64,000 nucleotides of DNA from a virus, in the IMG/VR virus record IMGVR_UViG_3300021963_006415, positions 1-64,000 of that record; one strand, given 5' to 3'. This document shows positions 7,557 through 17,197 of the stretch, in pieces. The position numbers and the translations under genes are program-made. The notes beneath the pieces are model-generated. The model saw only the letters and a program-made list of their open reading frames with translations. It had not been told where the DNA came from and ran no database searches. Position 1 is the stretch's first letter. Every line of letters starts with the position of its first letter.

Positions 7557-9164
7557 TTAACGAAGTAACCAAGTTAGATTTTCTTTCTCTCCTCTACCCA
7601 ACTCCATTTCATATGGATTTTTCTGCTGCCAGTTAGAAGTATATACCCCTGTACTGTTTTGTATTGTGGTTGCATTCAACATATTTCTTGTCAAATCAAT
7701 ACCTTCTTGTCTTAAACGAAGTGCGGTATTTCTAACCCATAATCCAATTCCTAACGCCATTACCAAGTCATCATTATATCCTTTCATTGCTTCCGCTCTA
7801 CCACCATTCCAAATAAATGTAAACAATTCATCTATCAATCTATTAGAACGAATCAAAATATCCTTATCAGTCATATAGGTATCCAATGCTGATATAATCA
7901 AAGGACGGGTTTTAGATGTTGTAGAAAATCCTGCAACCATTCCCCTTTCCTGTCTATAATATTTGTTAGACATTTGTTTTTCAACATCTACATATTGTAA
8001 ATCGTTACTCATATAGAATAGATTCGGATATCCTCTATCTATAATTTGCTGAATACAAGCCCAACCTACGTTTGAGTTCTCCACTACTAACAATGCGTTA
8101 TTATATTCAGTTGCTAATGCGGTTAAAAAGTTTCCAAAATCTTTTGTGTCAATCTTACCTCTATATTCACCAACTTGCGATGAATCTTCTATATCAATGA
8201 TTTGAGCAGTAGAATAGTCACTTCCATCTCCTCTCGCCACGTCGGCGGATATCATATATTGTCTATTGTAATTAGGATGTTCCCATATCCAAAGATTTCC
8301 ATCGAATCCTCTCTTTTCTACGGGCTCCATAACGTATGTATCTTTATACCACGTTAGTAATGCCGGGTCGATTACAGTATCACCCGAACCAATAAAGTCA
8401 CAATCACATTCTTGTGCTGCTCCTTTAACTCCTAAGATACGAGTTTGCTCATCTCTCCACGCTTGGTTTCTTTCAGGGTGTACAGTCCAATGTAAATTGA
8501 TACAATTGAACCCATTTGCACCACTTTCACCTTCTACCCACATTTTATGGAACCAGTTACCCACACCATTAGGAGTAGATAATACGATTGCCGAACCACC
8601 TGTTGATAAGGTAGATTGTGCTGATAACCAAATTTCATCAATATCTCTAATGAATGCCGCCTCATCCACAACTAATAGTGATAGGGCTTCAGAACGTCCG
8701 GCATCTGGAGAAGATGCGATTGCTTTTACTTGTGAGCCGTTCTTTAATTTAAGCGATAGTTTGTTATCTTCAACGGATGAATTACCACCATCTCTTAACC
8801 ATACAGGCAGTAAATCGTGCATAACCCTAACCTTCTCTACTAAGTTTTTTGCAACAGTCACTTTAGTTGCAATAACCAACGCATTGAAGTCTTGGTTGAA
8901 TAACATCTTCCAAAGAATAAAGCCCGCCGATAAAGTTGATAAACCTAATTGGCGGGATTTAAGAATGATGTTAAATCTATTATCTTTAAAATCATCTAAA
9001 CAATTTTCCTGAAATGGGTATAAATGAAAAGGTATTTTTCCTCTCGTTGGGTGCTGAATCACACAATACTTTTTCATAAAGTATATTGGGTCTAAAGCAC
9101 ACTTCTTATACTCATCGGCGATGATTTCTTTTAGAGTCTTTTTAGGTTGCCCTTGAACACTCAT
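7557..9164 (-). CDS. Terminase large subunit (T4 gp17-like)
   Basis: LKSRQLGLST Walker A region, LLVVDEAAF Walker B, STPNG, ADVARGDGSDYS nuclease, NDDLVMA. Confidence 0.95.
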   Translation of the reverse strand: MSVQGQPKKTLKEIIADEYKKCALDPIYFMKKYCVIQHPTRGKIPFHLYPFQENCLDDFKDNRFNIILKSRQLGLSTLSAGFILWKMLFNQDFNALVIATKVTVAKNLVEKVRVMHDLLPVWLRDGGNSSVEDNKLSLKLKNGSQVKAIASSPDAGRSEALSLLVVDEAAFIRDIDEIWLSAQSTLSTGGSAIVLSTPNGVGNWFHKMWVEGESGANGFNCINLHWTVHPERNQAWRDEQTRILGVKGAAQECDCDFIGSGDTVIDPALLTWYKDTYVMEPVEKRGFDGNLWIWEHPNYNRQYMISADVARGDGSDYSTAQIIDIEDSSQVGEYRGKIDTKDFGNFLTALATEYNNALLVVENSNVGWACIQQIIDRGYPNLFYMSNDLQYVDVEKQMSNKYYRQERGMVAGFSTTSKTRPLIISALDTYMTDKDILIRSNRLIDELFTFIWNGGRAEAMKGYNDDLVMALGIGLWVRNTALRLRQEGIDLTRNMLNATTIQNSTGVYTSNWQQKNPYEMELGRGEKENLTWLLR

Positions 9165-9820
9165 TATTTTTTAACTTTGATTTTCCAATAAGTACCAAAT
9201 CCAACGTATGGTGAAAATCCGCCGGTAGTACCATCAACTACTCTATTGTTTACACCTAAAGTAAATTGATATATTTTATCTTTTTTAGTTTTTAACATTA
9301 CACCTGCTCCAACCGAAGAAACTACATCTGCTTTATTAAATCCACCATTTAATCCATAATAAACTTGCATTTTAGCTGGCTCTTTAACAATAAGTTCTTC
9401 TTTAATAACTCTTTCTTTAACTTTAGCATCCCAAGTTCTACCTAAGATTCTATTCTTTGTGATAGTATCGGTAAGAGCGATAGTTCCTAAACCACCATCC
9501 AATACTAATGTATCTTTATAAACAATCTTAGCTAAGTAATCTTTAAGTATTGCTGCACTATCTACATTTACCATTTCTTTAAGTACTAAAGTATCTACAT
9601 CAATTACTTCATGTACAATATCTTTACCCTTTTTAGTTACCACTTTTACTTTCTCTACTTCAATAGTATCAATTGTATGTTTTATAACTTCATATTTTTT
9701 ACCATCAATTCTGATAGTTCTTCCACCTGGCATTACCCCACCTGGGTTAAACCATTGTAATAAAATCCAAATTACTAATGCTACAATAGCAATGTTTTTA
9801 AAATTCAATAATTTTTTCAT
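9164..9820 (-). CDS. Membrane-anchored protein, possible spanin-like
   Basis: N-terminal TM helix (IAIVALVIWILLQW), beta-rich middle, C-terminal amphipathic strands ending YVGFGTYWKIK. Confidence 0.45.
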   Translation of the reverse strand: MKKLLNFKNIAIVALVIWILLQWFNPGGVMPGGRTIRIDGKKYEVIKHTIDTIEVEKVKVVTKKGKDIVHEVIDVDTLVLKEMVNVDSAAILKDYLAKIVYKDTLVLDGGLGTIALTDTITKNRILGRTWDAKVKERVIKEELIVKEPAKMQVYYGLNGGFNKADVVSSVGAGVMLKTKKDKIYQFTLGVNNRVVDGTTGGFSPYVGFGTYWKIKVKK

Positions 9821-9824
9821 AATT

Positions 9825-10493
9825 CTATTTTTTTATAAGCTCTGAATGATTTAATTCACATAACTTATCTTCTAATGCTGCTTTCCTCTCCAATAGAGCT
9901 TCAATTGCTTCGGTAGCACCATCAATATCTTTTTGTAAATCTTCTTTTACTTTATCCATATCAACATCGTAATTCCATTTTTCGATTCTACCATCTTCAT
10001 TTACGAATTCCAATGTTTTAGAAAGTCCGGCTAACGCATCTTCAAATCTCATCTTCAAATCTCTAACATACGCTATTTGATTTCTTGTTATTTTATAATC
10101 TGCATAAAAAGGAAACGTTCCATCTATTTTTAATTTTGTTTCCATTTTTGCCAAACAATTTGAACAATATCCTGTTTTACGGATTAACTTTTTATCAGCG
10201 TGTCCATATTGTATAGTATTACAATCTTCTGCTGAGCAGGTATTTAACTTTTCTAAATATGCTCTAACATCATCTAATTGTGATACTGATATTTTATATC
10301 CCTCCTTTTGTTCCCATTTCTTACCCTCTTTATCAGTCCAAATTTCACCAACGTTTCTTTTGGTTTCTACTTCACCTTCGTAACCATGTACTTTTTGTGT
10401 ATTATCATCTCTACCAAATACCGTATCTATAATCTTTTTACGGGTTGGATGAATGTAATTATTTTTTTCTTCAAAGCTTTTTCTCTTTGCCAT
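9825..10493 (-). CDS. Hypothetical protein with Zn-finger-like Cys pairs and coiled coil
   Basis: CSAEDC...CSNC; C-terminal heptads. Confidence 0.5.
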   Translation of the reverse strand: MAKRKSFEEKNNYIHPTRKKIIDTVFGRDDNTQKVHGYEGEVETKRNVGEIWTDKEGKKWEQKEGYKISVSQLDDVRAYLEKLNTCSAEDCNTIQYGHADKKLIRKTGYCSNCLAKMETKLKIDGTFPFYADYKITRNQIAYVRDLKMRFEDALAGLSKTLEFVNEDGRIEKWNYDVDMDKVKEDLQKDIDGATEAIEALLERKAALEDKLCELNHSELIKK

Positions 10494-10539
10494 AATATTA
10501 TTTGTTTATAACTTATTTATATATACATATATATATAAT

Positions 10540-13500
10540 TTATCTTCCAAACTTAAAAATTCCTAAAATTTGATTCAACGGAGCGAATGTGCCCGTTAAT
10601 TTATAGGTATTTCCTTTGTAAAAGAATACTAATCCTTCGTTTGGAACTAACTTTTCAAATCCACCAATAGCGTTTAATCTAGCCAATTCCTTTTCCAATC
10701 TTTTTATTTGAGCTTCACTACCACCACTTCTGATATCAGATATTGATGATTCTAATGATGTTTTAATTGATTGTAAAGCCGCATCAGGCTGAGCTGTTAG
10801 TACTGAACTCATAAATGAAAGAACTTCTGCGCCAACTCCTAAAAAGATATCTTCAAATTTACGAAGGTTTCCTTTCATAATTTTATCCTTTGCATCCTTA
10901 TCAACACCATCTGCCCACTTTCTGGCATCCTCATCTGCAATTGATTTAATTGTAAATGATTTATTATCAAATGCCCATCTTCTTGCTAATCCTTCTTTTT
11001 CTAATTGTGCTAAATTCTTTTTTGATTTGTTTACAAAATTCATCCACCAAGCATAGTGATATTCAGCTACACCATCTCTATCGGATAATCCGAATTCAGA
11101 TTGTAGTTTGGATAACATACCATTAAACTTACCTTTTTGAGAACTTAACTTTTCATCCTTTGGTAACTTTGTAATTGGAGGTCCTTGAATTGTGTAAGTG
11201 TCTTGTACGTGCTTATTGATTTGTTTAATCATAGATGCTAATTTACTTTCAGCACCTTTTACACTACCTATTGCATTTCCTTTCTCATCGTATTCAACCA
11301 CATTATGGAATATTAATAGATTTTGTCCATATGGGATTACGTTTGCGTTTTGTGGATAGATTACTTCTAAATTACAAAATGCTGAACCATCTTTGAATAT
11401 GCTTTGTCTTTCTTTTTCGCTCAATCCGCTAATTGCTGAATATAAATCTCTCATTGCGAAATTATATGCATCACTCAATGCACCTCTACCGCCAAATTTA
11501 GATGCCAACGCATTCATATCTAAAGCGCTTGCTCCACCATTTGCCAAATGTCCTTTATTACGAGCTGCAATTAACTTACCATTTTTCCAACTGATTGCTA
11601 ATGCCTGTCCATCGGTTTTCTCTCTTACTACTCCCAATTTACCATCTAACGCATTATTAACAATTTTTTTTAAATCACCAAATGTAAGATTCATTGAAAT
11701 ATCAAATGGATGATTCATATGCCCATATGCACCACCTTCACTAATCATTTGTTTAGATTCGTAAATGTGTCCATTTCTTTTACCAAAATCTCTTAATAAA
11801 ATTCCAGCAGCTGCATTAGCTTCGTTTTCAACATCAGAACCGGTTGAACCATCTTCATATCCACCAATAGTTCCAACTTGTCTTTGTTTAAGGTGTACTA
11901 ATTCGTGTGCTAATGTTCTAAGAATATCTGGTAAACTTCTATTACTTACATAAACAAATATTTCATCGGTCTTAGGGTCATATCCTCCATAAGATTTGAA
12001 TGAAGTAGCAAATTCATTATCTTTTACTAATCGTATTCCAAATGGAAATTGGTCTAAAGATAACCTATCTTTTGCAAATTTAATAAACTCACCTATAGTC
12101 TGAGCTTTACTTTTTTTTTGCTCTGGAGCTGGAACTTCTTCTTTTAATAACCCCAACTTAACAGACATATCAGTTATTTCTTCATAATCTGTATCTCTTA
12201 AACTTCTTTCTACTTCTCTTCTATTTGCATTTGGGTCTGCACAAACGGCTGCTCCTATTTTTTTTCTACCAAATGAACCAGCTCTATCCCACATTTTCAT
12301 AATAGCTTTGTAATGCCAATCGCCATGTCCTACTTCATTAAATGCAGATGGTGTTTTTATTCTTACCCAACCACCCCAACGAAACACTTTAGCGGGTATT
12401 GGTAATGTAGAGCCTAATGGTAATTTATGCTGATACTTTTTATCAATTCCAATTACTTTTGTAACAAAATCCCTAGTCTTATTATCAGCACCTATTAATT
12501 CAACTTCTACTTCAACAGGCTGTCCACCTATTTTAATTTTACCTTTAAAAAATCCTTTATTGATTTCATTTATAGTTCTAAATGTAGTTGCTTGCTTACC
12601 ATTAATTGTTGGCATTCCGTGGTCATCAGTTCCAATATCTTTAACTTGTATTTTTTTGTTTTTGAACTTGCCCATTAAAACAATATCACCTTTATCAACA
12701 TCTACATTTACATCTTCTTTAACTAAATCTCCAAAATCTTTACCTTGCTTATATGATTTAATAGATTGTAATAATTGTTCATCTGACATTTCAAATGTTT
12801 CCATTTTCTCTGCCATTTTGTTAACTACGTTCTGAATATATTTTTCAGAATTGAATTCTTCGTTTTCATTAACTAATGAACGTAGTTCTAATAATCCCAT
12901 CGTTACTCCTGCCAACCCTGCTCCACCAACTGCGGCTTGAGTACCACCCAATCCCATCGATTCTAATGCAACGTGTTTGATTGCATCTTTACCTAAGTGT
13001 GCGGCAAATCCACCGGCACCGTGAGTAAATGCCCCAATAGCACCATGTCCTACCGCAGATGCTGCTCCGCCTAATCCTGCTCCGCCTGCTATTGCTTTTG
13101 CTCCGGCAGCTAAACCACTTCCTAATGCAACACTAGCAACTAAAAGACCTAAATCTTTATAAAAATGCTTCATATGATGGACTTGCTCTTTTCTTTTTTC
13201 ATCAGAATATTCCCATTCACCAGTTTCTTTATTTTTAGTAGAACCAATCTTTTGCCCACTTGCTAATGCTTTATGCGCATCATATGCACCTTTTAGCATT
13301 TCGCCTTTATGTTGTAAAACGTGTCCAATTGCTTTAACAACTTTAGTATCTGCTACTTTCTTTATACCATCTTTTAAAGAGTTCATAAACTTAGAACCCT
13401 TTTTATGCTCACCATTATTGATAAACTCCTGCTCTTCTTTACCTAAAGATTTAATTTCATTATCTAATGCAGATTTCAGTTCTTCAGCTTTTTTTTCTTT

Positions 13501-14568
13501 TGCTACTCTATCTTCTGCATTTGATTTTAATTCAGCACCACTTAATTTTTGTTCTGGTGGTGGAGCTTGTTTTTCTCCACTCTTTTCAGAACCATCTTTT
13601 GGTTTAGCATCTACTTTACCTTGAGCAGTATCACCTTTTTTAACAGGCTGACCTGGTTGAGGCGGTGTTTCTGCTTTTTTCTTCGGTTCGTTTGCTGGCG
13701 CATCATCCGGGCCAACTAACTTTTTAGCCTGAATATGTGCTTCGTGGTCTTTTGGTAATCTTAATGCGTTTCTTACACTAATTTTTTTCTTTTTACCATC
13801 TGCTGCAGTATATGTAAGCTCCTTATCCATATTTGGATTAGGCTCTTCTTCTAAAAAGTATTCTTCAATAAAATTATCTGCTTCAAATACTAATTTTGCA
13901 ATTTGTTCTGCAATAGGGTCATATACATATGAATCATCCGTAGTTGCTACTGAACGAATATCATCATTTTTCTTTTGTATCTTCTTAACATCCTCTTTGG
14001 ATGGATAACCTTTTATGAATTCTTCTTTTACTAATTTTTTAGTTATCATTTTATAAATTTCTTTATCAAATTTTGGGTATGCTTTCAAAAATAATTTTTC
14101 AGCATTATCCGAACTTAACCAATTTCTTACATCAGTTCCACTAATTGCTTCTGGTTCAGGTGGTATAATATAAGTATAACCAATCTCATCGTAACCATAT
14201 CCAGCCTTACCTTTGTATGGTTTAAAATATTTACCTGCTAATCTATCCGCATCTTTTTGTCCAACAGCTGCAATATATTGAGTAGTTTTACCATCGAATT
14301 TAGAAAGTATTTCTTTTGGAGCGTATGGGTTTGATACTTGTACAATTTTGTTTGGTGGAATACCAAACATTTTACCCATTATAACAACTTTCTCTTTGAA
14401 ATTAAACGGAGATTTACCACTATCGGTTTTATCGGATGTGCCAATATAAACGTTATTAGCACCAAATTTTGACACTAATTTTTGATAGGCAGCGTAATGT
14501 CCTTTGTGAAAAGGTTGAAAACGGCCCGAATATACAACTATGGTTTTTTTGACTACTGGTTTATCCAC
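10540..14568 (-). CDS. 1342-aa multidomain protein: HxGH nucleotidyltransferase, Gly-rich membrane segment, zincin metallopeptidase, ligase-like (KxDG) domain
   Basis: SGRFQPFHKGH; Gly/Ala hydrophobic stretch; LAHELVH...ENEANA; EKTDG...EGLVF...YKLTG. Confidence 0.7.
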   Translation of the reverse strand: MDKPVVKKTIVVYSGRFQPFHKGHYAAYQKLVSKFGANNVYIGTSDKTDSGKSPFNFKEKVVIMGKMFGIPPNKIVQVSNPYAPKEILSKFDGKTTQYIAAVGQKDADRLAGKYFKPYKGKAGYGYDEIGYTYIIPPEPEAISGTDVRNWLSSDNAEKLFLKAYPKFDKEIYKMITKKLVKEEFIKGYPSKEDVKKIQKKNDDIRSVATTDDSYVYDPIAEQIAKLVFEADNFIEEYFLEEEPNPNMDKELTYTAADGKKKKISVRNALRLPKDHEAHIQAKKLVGPDDAPANEPKKKAETPPQPGQPVKKGDTAQGKVDAKPKDGSEKSGEKQAPPPEQKLSGAELKSNAEDRVAKEKKAEELKSALDNEIKSLGKEEQEFINNGEHKKGSKFMNSLKDGIKKVADTKVVKAIGHVLQHKGEMLKGAYDAHKALASGQKIGSTKNKETGEWEYSDEKRKEQVHHMKHFYKDLGLLVASVALGSGLAAGAKAIAGGAGLGGAASAVGHGAIGAFTHGAGGFAAHLGKDAIKHVALESMGLGGTQAAVGGAGLAGVTMGLLELRSLVNENEEFNSEKYIQNVVNKMAEKMETFEMSDEQLLQSIKSYKQGKDFGDLVKEDVNVDVDKGDIVLMGKFKNKKIQVKDIGTDDHGMPTINGKQATTFRTINEINKGFFKGKIKIGGQPVEVEVELIGADNKTRDFVTKVIGIDKKYQHKLPLGSTLPIPAKVFRWGGWVRIKTPSAFNEVGHGDWHYKAIMKMWDRAGSFGRKKIGAAVCADPNANRREVERSLRDTDYEEITDMSVKLGLLKEEVPAPEQKKSKAQTIGEFIKFAKDRLSLDQFPFGIRLVKDNEFATSFKSYGGYDPKTDEIFVYVSNRSLPDILRTLAHELVHLKQRQVGTIGGYEDGSTGSDVENEANAAAGILLRDFGKRNGHIYESKQMISEGGAYGHMNHPFDISMNLTFGDLKKIVNNALDGKLGVVREKTDGQALAISWKNGKLIAARNKGHLANGGASALDMNALASKFGGRGALSDAYNFAMRDLYSAISGLSEKERQSIFKDGSAFCNLEVIYPQNANVIPYGQNLLIFHNVVEYDEKGNAIGSVKGAESKLASMIKQINKHVQDTYTIQGPPITKLPKDEKLSSQKGKFNGMLSKLQSEFGLSDRDGVAEYHYAWWMNFVNKSKKNLAQLEKEGLARRWAFDNKSFTIKSIADEDARKWADGVDKDAKDKIMKGNLRKFEDIFLGVGAEVLSFMSSVLTAQPDAALQSIKTSLESSISDIRSGGSEAQIKRLEKELARLNAIGGFEKLVPNEGLVFFYKGNTYKLTGTFAPLNQILGIFKFGR

Positions 14569-14586
14569 AATCCCTTTTTGTTTGTA

Positions 14587-14595
14587 TATAAATAT
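14587..14595 (-). promoter_or_regulatory. ATATTTATA putative phage promoter
   Basis: Same motif about 18 nt upstream of GTG 14568. Confidence 0.6.
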
Positions 14596-14609
14596 CTTTT
14601 TATAAAAGA

Positions 14610-14735
14610 TTAGAAACTTTTATAAACAAAAGGGTCTCTTTTTTTAAGTTCTTCTAATTTTTTTTTAAATCTTTTTTTACGTTTGTGCTCTTCCCAAAGT
14701 TTTACAAAGAAAGAAATTACTGGCCAATTTTTCAT
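14610..14735 (-). CDS. Small basic protein (41 aa), absent from the ORF track
   Basis: Manual translation MKNWPVISFFVKLWEEHKRKKRFKKKLEELKKRDPFVYKSF*; fills the gap in the operon. Confidence 0.6.
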   Translation of the reverse strand: MKNWPVISFFVKLWEEHKRKKRFKKKLEELKKRDPFVYKSF

Positions 14736-14741
14736 AATAAA

Positions 14742-15284
14742 TTAATTTTTGTAATACAATTCAGGGTATTCTACTAAGCAATGAACTCCGCCTGTTTTAT
14801 AAGCCCTTTCATATATTGGTTCTATATCATTCCAATTTGTTAAATTGTGAAATTCTATATTTTTACATAAAGATTTAAATTCATCAAAATAGTTTCCTTT
14901 ATGTTGGTGGCCAGGGTCTAATGGTTTATCAGAGCCTTTACCTAATCTTATTAATATATTTGCTTTTTTTCCAGTCATTAATTCATATTTGTCTATATGA
15001 TTAATTAACTGATTTGCTGCGCATATTATAAAATCCCAACGTGGATAGAATGTAACAACAGTTTTTCCGGTCATTGCTATTCCTAAACTCATACCCATTT
15101 GAGTTTCTTCCATTACAGGCAATTCTACCATCTTTTCTTTTGGTACATTACCCAATGTAGTACTCATAGGATTTCCGGCATAGACTATTTGTTGTCCTAT
15201 AAATATAACATCATCTTTTTCTCCTAAAATTTTCATAGCAGATGTCAATGCATCTTTATATGGAGTATATTCTGGTTGACTCAT
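14742..15284 (-). CDS. TPP-dependent enzyme beta subunit (E1-beta/transketolase pyrimidine-binding domain), short form
   Basis: VIFIGQ, ELPVMEETQMGMSLGIAMTG, ICAANQLIN, GHQH. Confidence 0.8.
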   Translation of the reverse strand: MSQPEYTPYKDALTSAMKILGEKDDVIFIGQQIVYAGNPMSTTLGNVPKEKMVELPVMEETQMGMSLGIAMTGKTVVTFYPRWDFIICAANQLINHIDKYELMTGKKANILIRLGKGSDKPLDPGHQHKGNYFDEFKSLCKNIEFHNLTNWNDIEPIYERAYKTGGVHCLVEYPELYYKN

Positions 15285-16288
15285 TATGGTTGTGAATTTG
15301 GGTTAAATAAATGTTTGTTTGCTTTATACCAATTTAGTGCATCTTCTAATCCACTTTTTAAATCGTATTTTGGTTTCCATCCCAATTTACGAAGTTTTTC
15401 ATTAGATAATAATCTAACAGGAATCATAGGTGCTTTATTACTTACATAATCGATTGGATTATTATTATTTTCAATTTCTTTAATAGTATTTAAAACCTCA
15501 TTAACACTATATCCCGTACCATAACATACATTGTAAATATCATATGTATCTACATTTTCAGCAACACATATGAATCCACTAACCATATCATCGACGTGGA
15601 TAATATCTCTAATCTCACTTCCATCACCCCAAACAGGTATTGGATTCAACCCATCTGCTACTTTACGAATGTTTGCAGGAGTAACGTGGCATTTTTCGTA
15701 ATCGTATTTATCGTTCGGTCCAAATGCGTTTGAAGGTCTGATGATTACACACTGCATTGGATTGTGAATGTGATTTGATAAGAAATCACAAAGAGTTTCA
15801 CCATATCTTTTCATATTACCAACTGCTTTGTAAACAGGGTATATATTTGGTGTTTGACAATTTTCTTCTTCATAACAATAGTTCTTTCCCAAATCTGGAT
15901 ATACTGTATTTGATGAAATATACATAAATTTACGGACTTTATTTTTCCAAGCTTGCTCCATTAAATTTACATTCATTTCTACGTTTTGTGTAACATGCAA
16001 TAGTGGATTTACTTTTGTATCCAATGCGTTTGTAGTGTTTGCTGCACAATGAAATATAACATCTATATTCGTTGTTACTATTTTACAAAATTCGGCATCT
16101 GTCAAATCACCTTTATAGTGTTCACATTGATTTAAATCGTTTGGTATATCGTTTGTTAAATTTCTTTTATAAGTAACTGCTCTAACGTTTGTATATCCCA
16201 AATCTAAAAGCATTTTTAATAATCGTGAACCTATAAATCCACTAGCTCCTGTGACTAATATTTTATCTGTTTTTTTCATAAAATTCAT
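15284..16288 (-). CDS. NAD(P)-dependent sugar epimerase/reductase (GDP-fucose synthase-like extended SDR)
   Basis: TGASGFIG, RPSNAFGP, HVTPA, VWGDGSEIRDIIHVDD. Confidence 0.85.
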   Translation of the reverse strand: MNFMKKTDKILVTGASGFIGSRLLKMLLDLGYTNVRAVTYKRNLTNDIPNDLNQCEHYKGDLTDAEFCKIVTTNIDVIFHCAANTTNALDTKVNPLLHVTQNVEMNVNLMEQAWKNKVRKFMYISSNTVYPDLGKNYCYEEENCQTPNIYPVYKAVGNMKRYGETLCDFLSNHIHNPMQCVIIRPSNAFGPNDKYDYEKCHVTPANIRKVADGLNPIPVWGDGSEIRDIIHVDDMVSGFICVAENVDTYDIYNVCYGTGYSVNEVLNTIKEIENNNNPIDYVSNKAPMIPVRLLSNEKLRKLGWKPKYDLKSGLEDALNWYKANKHLFNPNSQP

Positions 16289-17195
16289 ATGTTTTTTTAA
16301 TTCCTTCTTTTATACCCATTTTAGGTAGAATATTATAATAAATTTGATTTGTGATATCCATTTGCCTTCTTATATCACCATTTGGTTTAGTAGTATCCCA
16401 ATTTATTGAAATAGATTTTCCACTTATTTTTATTATAGTTTCTACAATTTCTTTAATAGTAATTTCTTCACCACACCCAAAATTTATGGTTATATGTTGT
16501 TTTTGTTCGTATAACTGAATAATTGCATCAGCTACATCTCCTGCGTAAACAAAATCTCTAATCGGAGAACCATCCCCCCACGCTTCAATTGAATCTATTG
16601 CCTCATATACTTTTTTAATGGTAGATGCTATAACAGTTCCCTTACCACTAAAATCATCATATTCTCCAAATATATTTGCGGGTCTGATTATTGCCCATTT
16701 TTCATATCCTTTTTGAACTTTATATGATTCTAACAATAATTCACCCATTCTTTTACTCCAAGCTGGAAACCAATCTGCTTCAGATGGTAAAGTTTTCCAA
16801 ACACTATCTTCTACAAATTTTTCAGCCGGTGCATATACTCCAACTGAACTTACAAATATTAACCAAATATTATTCTTTGCACATTGATTTATTATTTCTG
16901 TATTTATTTTAAACGATGGATATAAAAAATCTACTGGCTGTGTTTTTGCTCTCATTGGAGAACCTTTTACACCAAAAGCATTTAATACTACATCAGGAGA
17001 TTCATAAAAAAACAAATTTTTAATATTTTCTTCCAATGTTAAATCCAATTCATAAAATGTAAACTTATCGGATATGGGTAATTCTGATGAATATCTAATA
17101 TCTGCTCCAATTACATCGTATCCTTTTTCTAAGCATTTTTTTACTAGATGTATTCCAACTAAACCACTACAACCTGTTATTAATATCTTTTCCAT
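16263..17195 (-). CDS. NAD(P)-dependent sugar epimerase/reductase (extended SDR)
   Basis: TGCSGLVG, RPANIFG, WGDGSPIRDFVY; likely start ATG 17195. Confidence 0.85.
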   Translation of the reverse strand: MEKILITGCSGLVGIHLVKKCLEKGYDVIGADIRYSSELPISDKFTFYELDLTLEENIKNLFFYESPDVVLNAFGVKGSPMRAKTQPVDFLYPSFKINTEIINQCAKNNIWLIFVSSVGVYAPAEKFVEDSVWKTLPSEADWFPAWSKRMGELLLESYKVQKGYEKWAIIRPANIFGEYDDFSGKGTVIASTIKKVYEAIDSIEAWGDGSPIRDFVYAGDVADAIIQLYEQKQHITINFGCGEEITIKEIVETIIKISGKSISINWDTTKPNGDIRRQMDITNQIYYNILPKMGIKEGIKKTYEFYEKNR

Positions 17196-17197
17196 AA

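Noticed and set aside
10511-10540. TA-rich tracts here and at 39605-39624 as microsatellites or a T4-oriented TATAAATA promoter
   Set aside because: Low complexity; cannot be distinguished from degenerate copies of the ATATTTATA motif
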